The notes beneath the pieces are model-generated. The model did not search any database. It was not told the DNA's origin and worked only from the letters and a program-made list of their open reading frames with translations. DNA of 34,758 nt, from contig CAXGJQ010000002.1 in assembly GCA_964009815.1 (NCBI GenBank), positions 1 to 34,758 of the forward strand. The letters run 5' to 3'. Every line of letters begins with the position of its first letter. Position 1 is the stretch's first letter. Positions 1-9,676 of the stretch are shown piece after piece. Made by a program: the position numbers and the translations under genes. The DNA is from an uncultured Candidatus Poseidoniales archaeon. GTDB taxonomy: Archaea; Thermoplasmatota; Poseidoniia; Poseidoniales; Poseidoniaceae.

Positions 1-2865
1 GGGTGAAGTGAAGGTCATGTTGTAGGCGCCAAAGGCGGGGTTAATCTCCTCGTAGAGAACAACGGGCTCACCCATGGGGTCGCCGTCGAAGGTGACGTTC
101 TGGCCAAGGACGCGCAAGGAGAAACTCCCAGCCGGAGGCATGAGTTGTGAATCCTGGAAGTGGATGGACCCGCTAAAGCTGAGATTAAAACCGCCACGAA
201 CCCAATCCATGGGGAAGAGTTGCCGACCGGTTTCCTCCCAAACGCGCAGACCGTCCAGTTGGATGTCGTTTTCAACGACAAGTTCCATCTCTGAAGTGGT
301 CCATTGATTGACAGCGACACCAAGGTCATCCTCAACAGAAATAACCGCTTCAGCGCTGCTCTCATCGTCCCAAGACCAATTCACCTTGGTTGGCATCCAA
401 ACAGAAACGACGCCATCGCTATCCTCCATCGAGGTGCAGTTAGCAGCATCGAAGACCACGATGCCCCCTGCGTCTGAATTGACCGTACAAGAATCGCCTC
501 GTAGCCATGTGAAATTGGGGTTGTCGCCGTATCCATGTTCAATGGCAATGACGGCTTTTGTGACATGGTCAACATCGTCCCCGGGAGCGATTCGAGTGAT
601 GAAATTCCTGTACAAGCCATCCGGTGCAGCAAGGCCACCCTCAAAGGAGACACCTACTGCTCTGGTTTGCATCGCGTAAGTGATGTCGATGTTCGAAATC
701 TTCACTCGCCCTGAACTCGCCGCTTTGACAGCGATTGGGATTTGTACCATGCCGTCGCCGTTCTCAGGTATGTGATCGTTAAAGGCATCAATCAAGGTTG
801 GAGCCTTCTTCACGATGGCCCCAATGGGTGAATCGTCTGAAGCAACAACGGAGGATTCATTCAGGAAAATATCCGATTCCCAGTCGTAGGTGCCGTCTGC
901 TCCAACGTCAAGCATAGGCCGGTCTGGATAACCCTCCTCGTATTCGAGGACAAATTGGTCGATGGAGGGGGTGATATCAGCGTTCGTGCTGGTGAAAAAG
1001 GTAGCATAGCGAAGCGTGTTACCGGCTGCATCGGTTGAGAAGCTGGTCTCCTGATTATTACTTGCGTCAAGCCAAGTACTCCCGTTATCGTTGGAAACGA
1101 CGACATTGAGGGTCGTTCCAGAGGGAACATCGGCCGTCCACTGTGGGCGCACCTTTCCGACTTTGGTTCCGGTGTTGAAGAACGGAGAAATCCAATCGCC
1201 GGAGGTTTGGTAATCCGTTGCGTATTCCACATCAACCCACCAAGAAACAGCCGTGGAGCCAATGAGTTGTGCTTTCCAAACCAACTCTTTGCCTGGATAG
1301 TCGAAATGGATGGTCGACTCTGATTCAACTTCTTCCCAGTGGGTTCCGTTGTCGGCGGAGATCCAATAATCCACTCGATCACCAATGGAGGCCGCCGACC
1401 AATACGTCTGAACGTTGGCAGACAGAACATCTTCTCCGGACTCAATCACCTCACCGTACCATGTGGTGGTACCGGGTGCGGGTGTGGTCTCATAGGTCCA
1501 TCCAGTACCAAATTCACGGTAATAGAGCGTGGCCCCTGACCATGTAGAATACCCACAGTCCACCGAAACGAATCGTTCTCCATCAAATTGTAGACCGTAG
1601 CCCAAACGTGAAATTTGTCGTGTGTTGGATTCAGGAATTAAGGCGGATGAGCTGCCGGAAATCGACCACGCTTCAAGTTGATCTCGGTCATTGTAAGGCG
1701 AATCTTCTTGACATCGCATGTAGAACGTTGAGCCGTTCATTTCCAAGCCACGGAGCATTTGCTTTGAGCCACTTCCATAACTTCCACCGCATTCCCAACT
1801 GGAGCCGGAGGCAGAGGTGTAGGAATAGAAATCTTGACCCCGAGTGTATGTCCCAGTTCCATCTCCCGCAAAGTCGTAGGAGTACAGACGGTTCATGGCG
1901 TTGTGCGCCACCCATACCTCACCGGTTTTCCGGTCATAAGCAATGCCGGTGTATTCACCGACAGATGGAGAGATGTCATAGGAATCAATGCAGGTCCACG
2001 TATCGTCTCGAGAGATGTCCATTTCGAGCACTCGGTGATAATTCACAGGAGCGGTGGACCCGTAGGTGTAGCGGTAGGTTGAGAGGATACCAAAGAGGCG
2101 TTCATCGTCGGTAATCGTCCAGTCTCTAAATCCATAGTATCCATAGTAGGATGAAGGGTGTTTTTGAGGCAAGGTGCACGATGCTTGGTCAAGCGTGATG
2201 ACGGATTCACGAGAGGCATTGTTGGGGTACAAGCGCTCAACTACGTTGTGGAATGAGGAAGAAGACCAGGTCGATAAAAACAGCCAATCATGGTGCTTGA
2301 GGATGGCCCCTTGGCTTTGGGCCATGAAACTCGAAGACGTTTTCGTGAGTTGTTGAGAATAAAGTGATTCGGTGGCGTTAGAGGTGTGTGGTTGACGAAG
2401 AGCGTTGGAACCGTTGTCAAGCCAAGCGTCCGAATTTGGATTGATGTAAGCGTCGTTTCCATGCGGTAGGAAATTTTTGCTGATGTTGTCCATGGCGAGG
2501 GTCAAATCTCCAGAGCGATCGTCGACACTGGTCTCTGAACCTCGAATCCAGTGCACTCGGTCGTCCGCGACCACTTGCGACCAACCTGTGGCGGAAGCCC
2601 CGGAGAGGGTCATGCTCACATCGGTGACCAAAGCCCCTCGTGGAAGGGAAACAGAGGCGCCCGTGTCAGGATTAGCACCTTGGTACAGCGCAATGTGTTC
2701 AACTGAACCATCGCTGAATTCGTAGACATGGCGAGTTCCGGCGGCGGCTTCAGCATCGGAGGCGAAAAGTCCCGCCATGGGACTCAGCGGCGTGAAAAAC
2801 ATGATTGAAACCAGGAGAAAAAACACGGCTCGAGCGTTGAACGGTTGCTGTCCGCCTCCTTGCAT
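1..2865 (-). CDS. Large secreted protein of unknown function, partial (N-terminal 955 codons; continues past the left window edge)
   Basis: Missing from the ORF track because it has no stop codon inside the window. I read the minus-strand frame with codons at 1-3, 4-6 and so on. It contains no tta/cta/tca from position 1 up to 2997. The ATG at 2863..2865 gives MQGGGQQPFNARAVFFLLVSIMFFTPLSPMAGLFA/SDAEAAAG, which is a Sec-type signal peptide (basic n-region, hydrophobic core, small residues before the acidic mature end). The rest is acidic, rich in S/T/G/W/Y, and carries N-x-S/T sequons. I recognise no catalytic motif. Every listed minus-strand ORF in this region is in another frame. Confidence 0.8.
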   Translation of the reverse strand, partial: MQGGGQQPFNARAVFFLLVSIMFFTPLSPMAGLFASDAEAAAGTRHVYEFSDGSVEHIALYQGANPDTGASVSLPRGALVTDVSMTLSGASATGWSQVVADDRVHWIRGSETSVDDRSGDLTLAMDNISKNFLPHGNDAYINPNSDAWLDNGSNALRQPHTSNATESLYSQQLTKTSSSFMAQSQGAILKHHDWLFLSTWSSSSFHNVVERLYPNNASRESVITLDQASCTLPQKHPSSYYGYYGFRDWTITDDERLFGILSTYRYTYGSTAPVNYHRVLEMDISRDDTWTCIDSYDISPSVGEYTGIAYDRKTGEVWVAHNAMNRLYSYDFAGDGTGTYTRGQDFYSYTSASGSSWECGGSYGSGSKQMLRGLEMNGSTFYMRCQEDSPYNDRDQLEAWSISGSSSALIPESNTRQISRLGYGLQFDGERFVSVDCGYSTWSGATLYYREFGTGWTYETTPAPGTTTWYGEVIESGEDVLSANVQTYWSAASIGDRVDYWISADNGTHWEEVESESTIHFDYPGKELVWKAQLIGSTAVSWWVDVEYATDYQTSGDWISPFFNTGTKVGKVRPQWTADVPSGTTLNVVVSNDNGSTWLDASNNQETSFSTDAAGNTLRYATFFTSTNADITPSIDQFVLEYEEGYPDRPMLDVGADGTYDWESDIFLNESSVVASDDSPIGAIVKKAPTLIDAFNDHIPENGDGMVQIPIAVKAASSGRVKISNIDITYAMQTRAVGVSFEGGLAAPDGLYRNFITRIAPGDDVDHVTKAVIAIEHGYGDNPNFTWLRGDSCTVNSDAGGIVVFDAANCTSMEDSDGVVSVWMPTKVNWSWDDESSAEAVISVEDDLGVAVNQWTTSEMELVVENDIQLDGLRVWEETGRQLFPMDWVRGGFNLSFSGSIHFQDSQLMPPAGSFSLRVLGQNVTFDGDPMGEPVVLYEEINPAFGAYNMTFTSP

Positions 2866-2926
2866 ACTGACCACACGCTCGAAATACCATTTGAACCATG
2901 CGGTTCGAGGTCTGAGTCTCTTGGCG

Positions 2927-5900
2927 TCAACTGGTTTGCCTTGAATCGTACCGAATCGGGGAAGAATCGCCGCGAACGCCGTCTTCTTCATCGTCCCTTA
3001 CTTCGAACCAATCGTTCATCCAGTCGCCATCCGTGTCCCAATTCTTTGGATTGCTGCCCTCGGCAAGGTGATCGTCATCGAGGTCCAGAAGATACCAACC
3101 GTATTCATGCTCGCCCACGTTTCTCACTGGAGGTGTATTCGGTGAGCCAGTATAGTAAATGTCCCAAGCGTCGGTGATGTTTCCAGCCATCAAAACCTCG
3201 TCATCGGAAGGATCAACGATAAGGAAATTGGTGTCTTTGTCATCCACGATGTAGCCGTATTGCGCATCTGGGCCGCCAAATTTGTCCAATTTAAGGTAGT
3301 TCAGAATCAATTCATTGGACTGACCCAGGCCAAGAATCGCTGCGCGGAATTGCCACCCCTCCTCAACCGGCATGCCGTCGTGGGTCAATCCGCTGAGCCG
3401 TACGGCATTTGGCGAGGAATAATCGCTGGTGGTAATCGCGTAAAATTCCTGGAAGTTCGTGTATGATTCGTAAGTACAACCTGCACCCGAACAATCCCAA
3501 TTCCCATCTTGGTCAGGGTCTTCGTTGGCATCGTTAGGGTCAGCCGGGTTGAGCGTGAACCATGTAAACTCTGTATCAGGACGGGCAAGGGTACCACCAG
3601 AACCATCTTGCGACAAAGGCAAACATGAGGTAGTGTCGGTATTGCATACGCCTCCAGTGGCCACGTCAATCCAAACGACGCGGATGTCCAGGAAAGAACT
3701 GAAATTATCGTTGTCTTCATTCCAACCCATCTTGTATTCGTACCAATCGGGGAGCATGTCGCCATCCGTGTCGTTGTCGCTTGGATTTGAACCGTACTTG
3801 AACACCTCACGGCCGTCCGAGTAGTTGTAATCTCGATCGTGCGATACGACGGCACCGTTGACAACGTTGGTGATGTAGGTTCGACTGTCATCGTCGCTGT
3901 CATTCATATCGGGACGTGTATCGTTATCGTATTCCATGAAGTTGGTGAAAGGTAGGTCGCCTAGGCCATTTTGAATTGAGACTCCCGATGGCGCAAACAC
4001 TCGGTTTTCCCAAGAGCCTTGATCCGCCGGCACATCGAAGCTGGTTCGATCGTACCAACCATCATGGTCTCCATCGTAATCCACGTCCCAGGGATTGAGC
4101 GGGTTAGCAGCCCAATGGTTTTCCGTTGTTATGTCATCCATACCGTACGTTGCGTAGCAGTATTCCCAGCCGTCGGGAATGCCATCGCTATCCGAGTCGG
4201 GATGCGTTGGGTCAGCCACGCCGCGCAGGCTTCGGTTGAAGTTCTCGCTTTCAAGAGCGTTGATTTTATCCATACGCTCCACTGAATCTTGTCCCTTCTC
4301 AATGAAGTCTTGATACAGCGCTTGCTGGGCTTGGAGCGGCGAGAAACCAAGTTCTTCTTGGTAGGCGGCCATGGCATCCTCACCAAAATCGATGATGCCG
4401 AGGTTAGCAGGAACGGTGTTTCGTGTCAGGAATTTACCCCACGTTCGCGATTCCCATTCCCGCAAATTACTGAAGGTCTCGTTGACATCGATTTCCCCAT
4501 CGCCATTGCAATCAAAGCTGTCCTGATCTGAATCAAGGTTGACATCCCCATCGATGAGTGGGTTGATGGACCAGCGGTTTTGATCCAAATCCCACGATGT
4601 AAACCAATACTCGAAACCGTCGTACATGCCATCACCGTCAGTATCTGGAATGGTGGGGTCCGTCATGCCAAGAACAACCTCAATGAAGGCGTTGGGGGGT
4701 TCTCCTTGTTGCCAAGCATTGAAATCATTCAGCAGTCGCTTTCCTCTGGTCTCTTTAGAGATGAGGATGTTGAAAACACGCTGGGCTTTTTCCGTGGGTT
4801 GTTGGAAGTCGCCATCAACATGCATCAAAGGCGCATCACTGGGATGTTCCATGCCGTTATCGGGTTGCTCGTTGGCCAAAGCGAACTCCTGACGGTCGAT
4901 GAGACCATCTTCGTCCCCGTCAAAGTCGCCGTCACCGGCTACCAAGGGGTTGAGCGTCCATGTTGCAGCAGAAACGTTCCAAGAGGTGAACAGCAGTTCC
5001 ACGCCATCAAGCATACCGTCGCCGTCGGTGTCAACATTGTTGGGGTCGGACGTAAGGCCAGTGAGGTTGGTTTGATTCTCGGAAAGGAAATCTCCGAACG
5101 AGGCCGTGGTCGGTATGCCCGGCCATTGTTGGAGAGCATAAGCCACACCAATGGTCGTCACGAACCACTGTGGTGAGGAACGGTTGACGTCGGTCTCCGA
5201 GAGCAGGGGCGAGATCACATTGTACTCTTCCCAGTTGGTCATTCCATCGTCATCGGCGTCCTGCCAGCGGTCGGTGGAATCCAGAGGATTGAGGGTCCAA
5301 GCATCGTCAAGCAAATCCCAGCGGGCGAACCAAATTTCCCAGCCATCTGGCATCCCATCGTCATCGGTATCTGCGCTAAGGGGGTCGGCGGCTCCGACGC
5401 TGTAGGAAGAGAGCCCCGCAGTAACAGAGCCAGAGGCTCGGTCGGCAAACGTGTCGTCGGGTGCCCCAAAGTCCCCGATGTTGTCAAAGAGACTGGTGGT
5501 GAAATTGCCTGGAAGGGCAACTCCATCGAGGGTCTGGTTGCCGTTGAAGAGGTCGGACCGAATGTGGTATTCGAGGTAGTTGACAAAGGCCTCATCCTGA
5601 GTCAGAATGCCGTCGTGGTTAACATCGTAGCCATCGCCATCGGGATTTTCAAACGCATCCGAGCCGTTCAAAGGATTGACTCCAAGGCGAGAAGGGTCCC
5701 AGGAGCAGAGTCCTTTGGATTCCCAACCATCAGGCAAGGTATCGCCGTCTGAATCGATGAGGTTGGGGTCCGCAACGGACCAAGCTTCGGCTGCTTCAGG
5801 TGTTTCACCGTAATCTTGGAACAAGTCCCCGTTGAGTCCCATGAGCCGAACAACGGACCATTGGTATTCACACAAGTTTGGCAAGCCATCACCGTCAGCA

Positions 5901-8677
5901 TCCCAGTTCGCATCGTCCGCACGAAGCGGGTCAAGACTCCAGTTATTTCCTCCTGTAAACGTGTCGCCAATCCATCGGCGGTGCTCTATTTCCCAGCCAT
6001 CTGGCATGCCATCGCCATCCGAATCTGGGTTGGTTGGGTCGGTAGCAGTGTCAATGTTAGCAAGTGAGAGATAGGTGGCGTTAGCCGCTTGCCCCTTGGC
6101 ATCGTCGCACAGGTAATCCATCTGGACGGTGTAATAGCACCACAGTGTGCTCTGTTCATAGAAAAATCCGTAATATTCAGATCCATCACCAAGACCATCA
6201 CCGTCCGTGTCGCCCTCGCGAGGGTCGGTAGAATTGTAACCCTCGGGGGTGATTTTTGTGTATCGGAATTCATCGAGGTTGGTCCACAACCGCTCGAGGT
6301 TCATATCACCCGATTGGTCCAAGTCAAGACCGTCCGCATCGTTGTCAAACAAGGCGTCCCATGGGTCGGTCGGGTCAAGTCCGTGGACCACTTCCCAACC
6401 ATCGGGCATGCCGTCAGCGTCGGAATCATTGGCTCCTGGGTCCATCAATTGCAAGTTTGCAAACTGACCAGGAGCAGCGGCTCCAAAGACGGTGACATTC
6501 CCCTCGCCAACCGAGGTTGCAATCGCAACGATTTGACCTGGAAGACGGGTTTGGTCTTGGAGCCCGTACACGGCGGTATAGTCTCCAGCCAACGCCCACA
6601 GTCCCCATTCGGAGCCAACCAGCACTTCATCCCCGGTTGGGTGAATGGAGTGAATGCTGTTGCTTTCCCGAGACAATTTACCCTCGACACCGGGGTGAAC
6701 AAAGAGACCGCTGTGTTGGATAAAATCATCATTCAAGTCCAGCATGTGGAGACCTGAGGGCGTTCCAAACCACAAGACTTGGGCGTTTGATGAGGAGGGG
6801 CCGTCAAGCACCATGTCCCGTATTTCAGCAGGATTACCATTGGAACCCAACGGTAAGCTGCGAAGTTCGTCCACATCCGTCGGAATTGGATTGGTTTCGG
6901 GCGTGTAGAAGAAACGCCACTCGCCAACGGCCTCATCGCGTGCTGAGGCCGTCTCAACAATGAACAAACCGCGGTCAGTACCTACGAAAAGCTGGAAGGT
7001 TGTACCTCCCGCCAGTCCGTGCTGGATGGTGGAAACTGAGGCGTTGGCTTCAGCCAGTGCGGATTTCAAACCGGCCCCAAGGTCAAACGTCGACAGAATG
7101 GTGGCCGTTCCATCAACTTCGATGATACCCCCTTGTCCTGCCTCGCCTAGACCAATGGCGTGAAGGTTGAGATCTTCACCAGAAAGGGGAGAAATGGCAT
7201 GAATGGGGCCTGCGAGGCTCCATGACCATGTGCCGATGGAACCGAGCGTTCCGTCAGCCAACAGAGGAGCGACTCCAAAGCCGATGTTGGTTCCCATGAC
7301 AACGGCATAGGGTGAGCCTTCGCCGTAAGCCAAGAAACCATCGTGAAGGAGAACCCCTTGAGGAAGAGAGTGGTGCGATTGGGTTGATTCATCATGGTCG
7401 ATGACACTGACGCCATATTTGGACATGGCATAGAGCGTTCCATCGTGCTCACCCAACGAACGAATGTCGTGGTGCATAACCGCAAGGGTGTTGGCCGGTG
7501 CATCGTAGATGAGTGGCATGGTGGAGAATTCCGAACCGTTGTTGAGGAGCGTTGATTTTAGTCCCGGATAGACCGTGTTTCCATCGTCATAGTGGACGAG
7601 ATATTCCTCGAGCGTGGACAAGGCCTCACCAACCTTCAGTGCAGTCAATGTTCGTGATACGTCGCTTGAAACACCACCATCCCGGTTGGTATCCCATCCG
7701 TCTCGGTCAGGGTCTTCGAGGGCATTGGACCGGTTGAGTGGATCCAATCCAAAGTGGACTTCCCATCCGTCGGGTATGCCATCGCCAAACGAGGGGTACA
7801 GTGGGCGTACCGAGAATCCGTCCCACAAGTACCGGTCTGAATCGTCCAAAAGCGGATCGGTCCCAAGCCACAGGTCCTCGCCCACTGGATTGATGGCACG
7901 TGAGGTACAGGCATCCAGGAGATTGTGGAACGTAGCGTTGGCACCGGATGGAAGGAAGGGCCAATTCTTCAAGATGGAACCTTCAGGAAGCGTAGCATGA
8001 CACCACAATCCATCAAGTTCCGCTGTGAAGTTTGAAGGTGAACCGTAGGCATATTCCTCAGGAGCCGTGAACCGTTCCGAATCACTGAGTATCCCGTCCC
8101 TATCCACGTCAAACCCATCGTTGTCCCCGTCAAGGGTGAGGTCACTTGCGTTTAGCGGGTCAAAGGAGGGGCATGAATAGCGCTGGGCCACGAGGTCAAA
8201 TCCTCCCATTCGATGGCACATGTACGCTTCGTAGCCATCGGGCATCCCGTCTCCATCGGTATCTGATAGCCGTGGGTCAAGGTAGATTCGATCGTTGTTT
8301 TCATCCAATTGTCCCGTGAGGCCACGAGGGAATCCGGGGGCGGTACAATTGGCAGGGTAAGGCCAACAAAATTCTTCGGTGGCGTTCAATCCATCTTTGT
8401 CAAAATCCATTGATGCATCCGAGGCGTTGTTTTTGTCAAGCCCCTGTAGCACGACTTCACGGCCATCCGATGCAGTCCAGTTCATCCATTCTTCAAACAG
8501 AGTTTCATGAACATCCGGAATCAAGTCCCCATCTGTATCGGTGTTTGGAGGAGGAGTGCCTTCCGTCAACTCGGGGTGAATGTTGGAGACATTCGAAACG
8601 GCGGGGAATTGCGACATGAAGAGAAGACTTGCGATGACAGCAAGGGTGGTCAAGATGGTTGTTTGACTTCGCCGCAT
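2927..8677 (-). CDS. Giant secreted or N-terminally anchored calcium-binding repeat protein (about 25 thrombospondin type 3-like DxDxDG repeats) with a central beta-propeller-like region
   Basis: The track ORF is 2927..8752 (1941 aa). I prefer the ATG at 8677 (MRRSQTTILTTLAVIASLLFMSQFPAVSNVSN, a signal peptide or signal anchor), because a TAAAAAA element lies 33 nt upstream of it and would be inside the coding region if 8752 were the start. Repeated motifs include DTDGDGMPDGYE, DSDADGMPDGWE, DSDGDGMPDGWE, DTDDDGMPDGWE, DTDGDGMLDGVE, DTDGDGMYDGFE and DSDSDGIPDGWE, often followed by W(T/S)LNPL and a second D-x-D-x-DG unit. Confidence 0.85.
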   Translation of the reverse strand: MRRSQTTILTTLAVIASLLFMSQFPAVSNVSNIHPELTEGTPPPNTDTDGDLIPDVHETLFEEWMNWTASDGREVVLQGLDKNNASDASMDFDKDGLNATEEFCWPYPANCTAPGFPRGLTGQLDENNDRIYLDPRLSDTDGDGMPDGYEAYMCHRMGGFDLVAQRYSCPSFDPLNASDLTLDGDNDGFDVDRDGILSDSERFTAPEEYAYGSPSNFTAELDGLWCHATLPEGSILKNWPFLPSGANATFHNLLDACTSRAINPVGEDLWLGTDPLLDDSDRYLWDGFSVRPLYPSFGDGIPDGWEVHFGLDPLNRSNALEDPDRDGWDTNRDGGVSSDVSRTLTALKVGEALSTLEEYLVHYDDGNTVYPGLKSTLLNNGSEFSTMPLIYDAPANTLAVMHHDIRSLGEHDGTLYAMSKYGVSVIDHDESTQSHHSLPQGVLLHDGFLAYGEGSPYAVVMGTNIGFGVAPLLADGTLGSIGTWSWSLAGPIHAISPLSGEDLNLHAIGLGEAGQGGIIEVDGTATILSTFDLGAGLKSALAEANASVSTIQHGLAGGTTFQLFVGTDRGLFIVETASARDEAVGEWRFFYTPETNPIPTDVDELRSLPLGSNGNPAEIRDMVLDGPSSSNAQVLWFGTPSGLHMLDLNDDFIQHSGLFVHPGVEGKLSRESNSIHSIHPTGDEVLVGSEWGLWALAGDYTAVYGLQDQTRLPGQIVAIATSVGEGNVTVFGAAAPGQFANLQLMDPGANDSDADGMPDGWEVVHGLDPTDPWDALFDNDADGLDLDQSGDMNLERLWTNLDEFRYTKITPEGYNSTDPREGDTDGDGLGDGSEYYGFFYEQSTLWCYYTVQMDYLCDDAKGQAANATYLSLANIDTATDPTNPDSDGDGMPDGWEIEHRRWIGDTFTGGNNWSLDPLRADDANWDADGDGLPNLCEYQWSVVRLMGLNGDLFQDYGETPEAAEAWSVADPNLIDSDGDTLPDGWESKGLCSWDPSRLGVNPLNGSDAFENPDGDGYDVNHDGILTQDEAFVNYLEYHIRSDLFNGNQTLDGVALPGNFTTSLFDNIGDFGAPDDTFADRASGSVTAGLSSYSVGAADPLSADTDDDGMPDGWEIWFARWDLLDDAWTLNPLDSTDRWQDADDDGMTNWEEYNVISPLLSETDVNRSSPQWFVTTIGVAYALQQWPGIPTTASFGDFLSENQTNLTGLTSDPNNVDTDGDGMLDGVELLFTSWNVSAATWTLNPLVAGDGDFDGDEDGLIDRQEFALANEQPDNGMEHPSDAPLMHVDGDFQQPTEKAQRVFNILISKETRGKRLLNDFNAWQQGEPPNAFIEVVLGMTDPTIPDTDGDGMYDGFEYWFTSWDLDQNRWSINPLIDGDVNLDSDQDSFDCNGDGEIDVNETFSNLREWESRTWGKFLTRNTVPANLGIIDFGEDAMAAYQEELGFSPLQAQQALYQDFIEKGQDSVERMDKINALESENFNRSLRGVADPTHPDSDSDGIPDGWEYCYATYGMDDITTENHWAANPLNPWDVDYDGDHDGWYDRTSFDVPADQGSWENRVFAPSGVSIQNGLGDLPFTNFMEYDNDTRPDMNDSDDDSRTYITNVVNGAVVSHDRDYNYSDGREVFKYGSNPSDNDTDGDMLPDWYEYKMGWNEDNDNFSSFLDIRVVWIDVATGGVCNTDTTSCLPLSQDGSGGTLARPDTEFTWFTLNPADPNDANEDPDQDGNWDCSGAGCTYESYTNFQEFYAITTSDYSSPNAVRLSGLTHDGMPVEEGWQFRAAILGLGQSNELILNYLKLDKFGGPDAQYGYIVDDKDTNFLIVDPSDDEVLMAGNITDAWDIYYTGSPNTPPVRNVGEHEYGWYLLDLDDDHLAEGSNPKNWDTDGDWMNDWFEVRDDEEDGVRGDSSPIRYDSRQTS

Positions 8678-8710
8678 GAACTCACCGTCTGCAAAGGCTC
8701 CGCCTCGCTC

Positions 8711-8717
8711 TTTTTTA
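8711..8717 (-). promoter_or_regulatory. Candidate archaeal TATA box (TAAAAAA) for the TSP3-repeat gene
   Basis: The minus strand reads GAGTAAAAAAGAGCG...(33 nt)...ATG(8677). That distance fits a transcript start roughly 10 nt upstream of the ATG. Confidence 0.35.
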
Positions 8718-8863
8718 CTCTGCAAAGATTGCTTATGAGGGTGATGGAACAATGTTCATACAAAACACCGTTCCTTGTTCGCCTCAAGTGAAGAAATCGC
8801 CCCCTCTGCAAAAGGTCATGCGGTGTATTCAAGTCCCTCCCGCGTTGGAGTGAATATGTTCGC

Positions 8864-9676
8864 ATGACGATGACCATCACGCACTTGGGTACCGGCAGTC
8901 GAGGAAACTCGACCTTGCTCGAAACACCACACGCGAAGGTCTTGATCGACCAAGGATTCAGCGGCACTCAATTGGCCAAGCGCCTTGCACGGCTGGAATT
9001 GAGCCCAGATGACATCGACTGCGTGTTCATTTCCCACCACCACGGCGACCATGGTGGAGGAGCAAAAGTTGTTCAGAAAAAATGGAACATTCCGGTCCTG
9101 GCCAACGAACGAACAGCCCTTGAACTCGATTTAGTCCCGGAACTAACCACGTATTTTGAATCACTGGATTTGGTTCGAGTTGGGCAAGATTTGGCAGTCC
9201 TTCCAGTCCCAGTACCTCACGCTGGTTCGGAAAACGTGGCTTTTGTCGCTAGCCACGAAGGCGAACGCGCCGCCATCATAACCGATTTGGGTTCATGGAC
9301 CGACGAACTGGTGACACATGTTCGCGGCTGTGAACACATTTCGATTGAAGCCAATTACGACCACAACAAACTCATGTTCGGCCCATACCCCTATTCCCTC
9401 AAGGACCGTATTTCGGGTCGTGGGGGACACTTGTCAAACGAGCAGACCGGACGCTTTCTAGCAGAAGTCTGCACGGAGGCAACCCGAAGCATCACGTTGA
9501 CGCACTTGAGCGAAAAGAACAATCTCCCTCACCTTGCAGAATCTACCGTGCTCTACTTCATCGATGAAGTCTTTAGTGGAGACCTACGAATCTCAGCACA
9601 AAATGGACCCGATTTTTCACACTACATCGGACAAGACAAGGCCACATCCAAGGAAGAGAAAGCCCCCGCCAAATGA
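8864..9676 (+). CDS. MBL-fold metallo-hydrolase (YycJ/PhnP-like beta-lactamase-fold protein)
   Basis: 270 aa. Has the HxHxDH metal-binding signature in FISHHHGDHGGG. The N-terminal ITHLGTGSRGNSTLLE strand-loop and the C-terminal GGHLSNEQ motif are typical of this subfamily. It is the first gene of a plus-strand run, 32 nt upstream of the pilin-like genes. Confidence 0.85.
   Translation: MTMTITHLGTGSRGNSTLLETPHAKVLIDQGFSGTQLAKRLARLELSPDDIDCVFISHHHGDHGGGAKVVQKKWNIPVLANERTALELDLVPELTTYFESLDLVRVGQDLAVLPVPVPHAGSENVAFVASHEGERAAIITDLGSWTDELVTHVRGCEHISIEANYDHNKLMFGPYPYSLKDRISGRGGHLSNEQTGRFLAEVCTEATRSITLTHLSEKNNLPHLAESTVLYFIDEVFSGDLRISAQNGPDFSHYIGQDKATSKEEKAPAK

Noticed and set aside
2893-2906. Small hairpin gaacc-atgc-ggttc in the 61-nt gap between the two leftmost giant genes, considered as a terminator
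   Set aside because: It has only a 5-bp stem and no adjacent oligo-T tract on the coding (minus) strand. It is not distinguishable from chance.
8678-8752. Longer N-terminal extensions in the track ORFs (start 8752 for the TSP3 protein; start 20502 for the beta-helix protein)
   Set aside because: The extensions (MFHHPHKQSLQSKKERGGAFADGEF and MIFFFCQMRRSIIFVAFMDRTGELL) precede perfectly good signal peptides that begin at internal Met codons. They would also place the TATA-like elements (8711..8717, 20463..20470) inside coding sequence. I kept the shorter starts but cannot exclude the longer ones.
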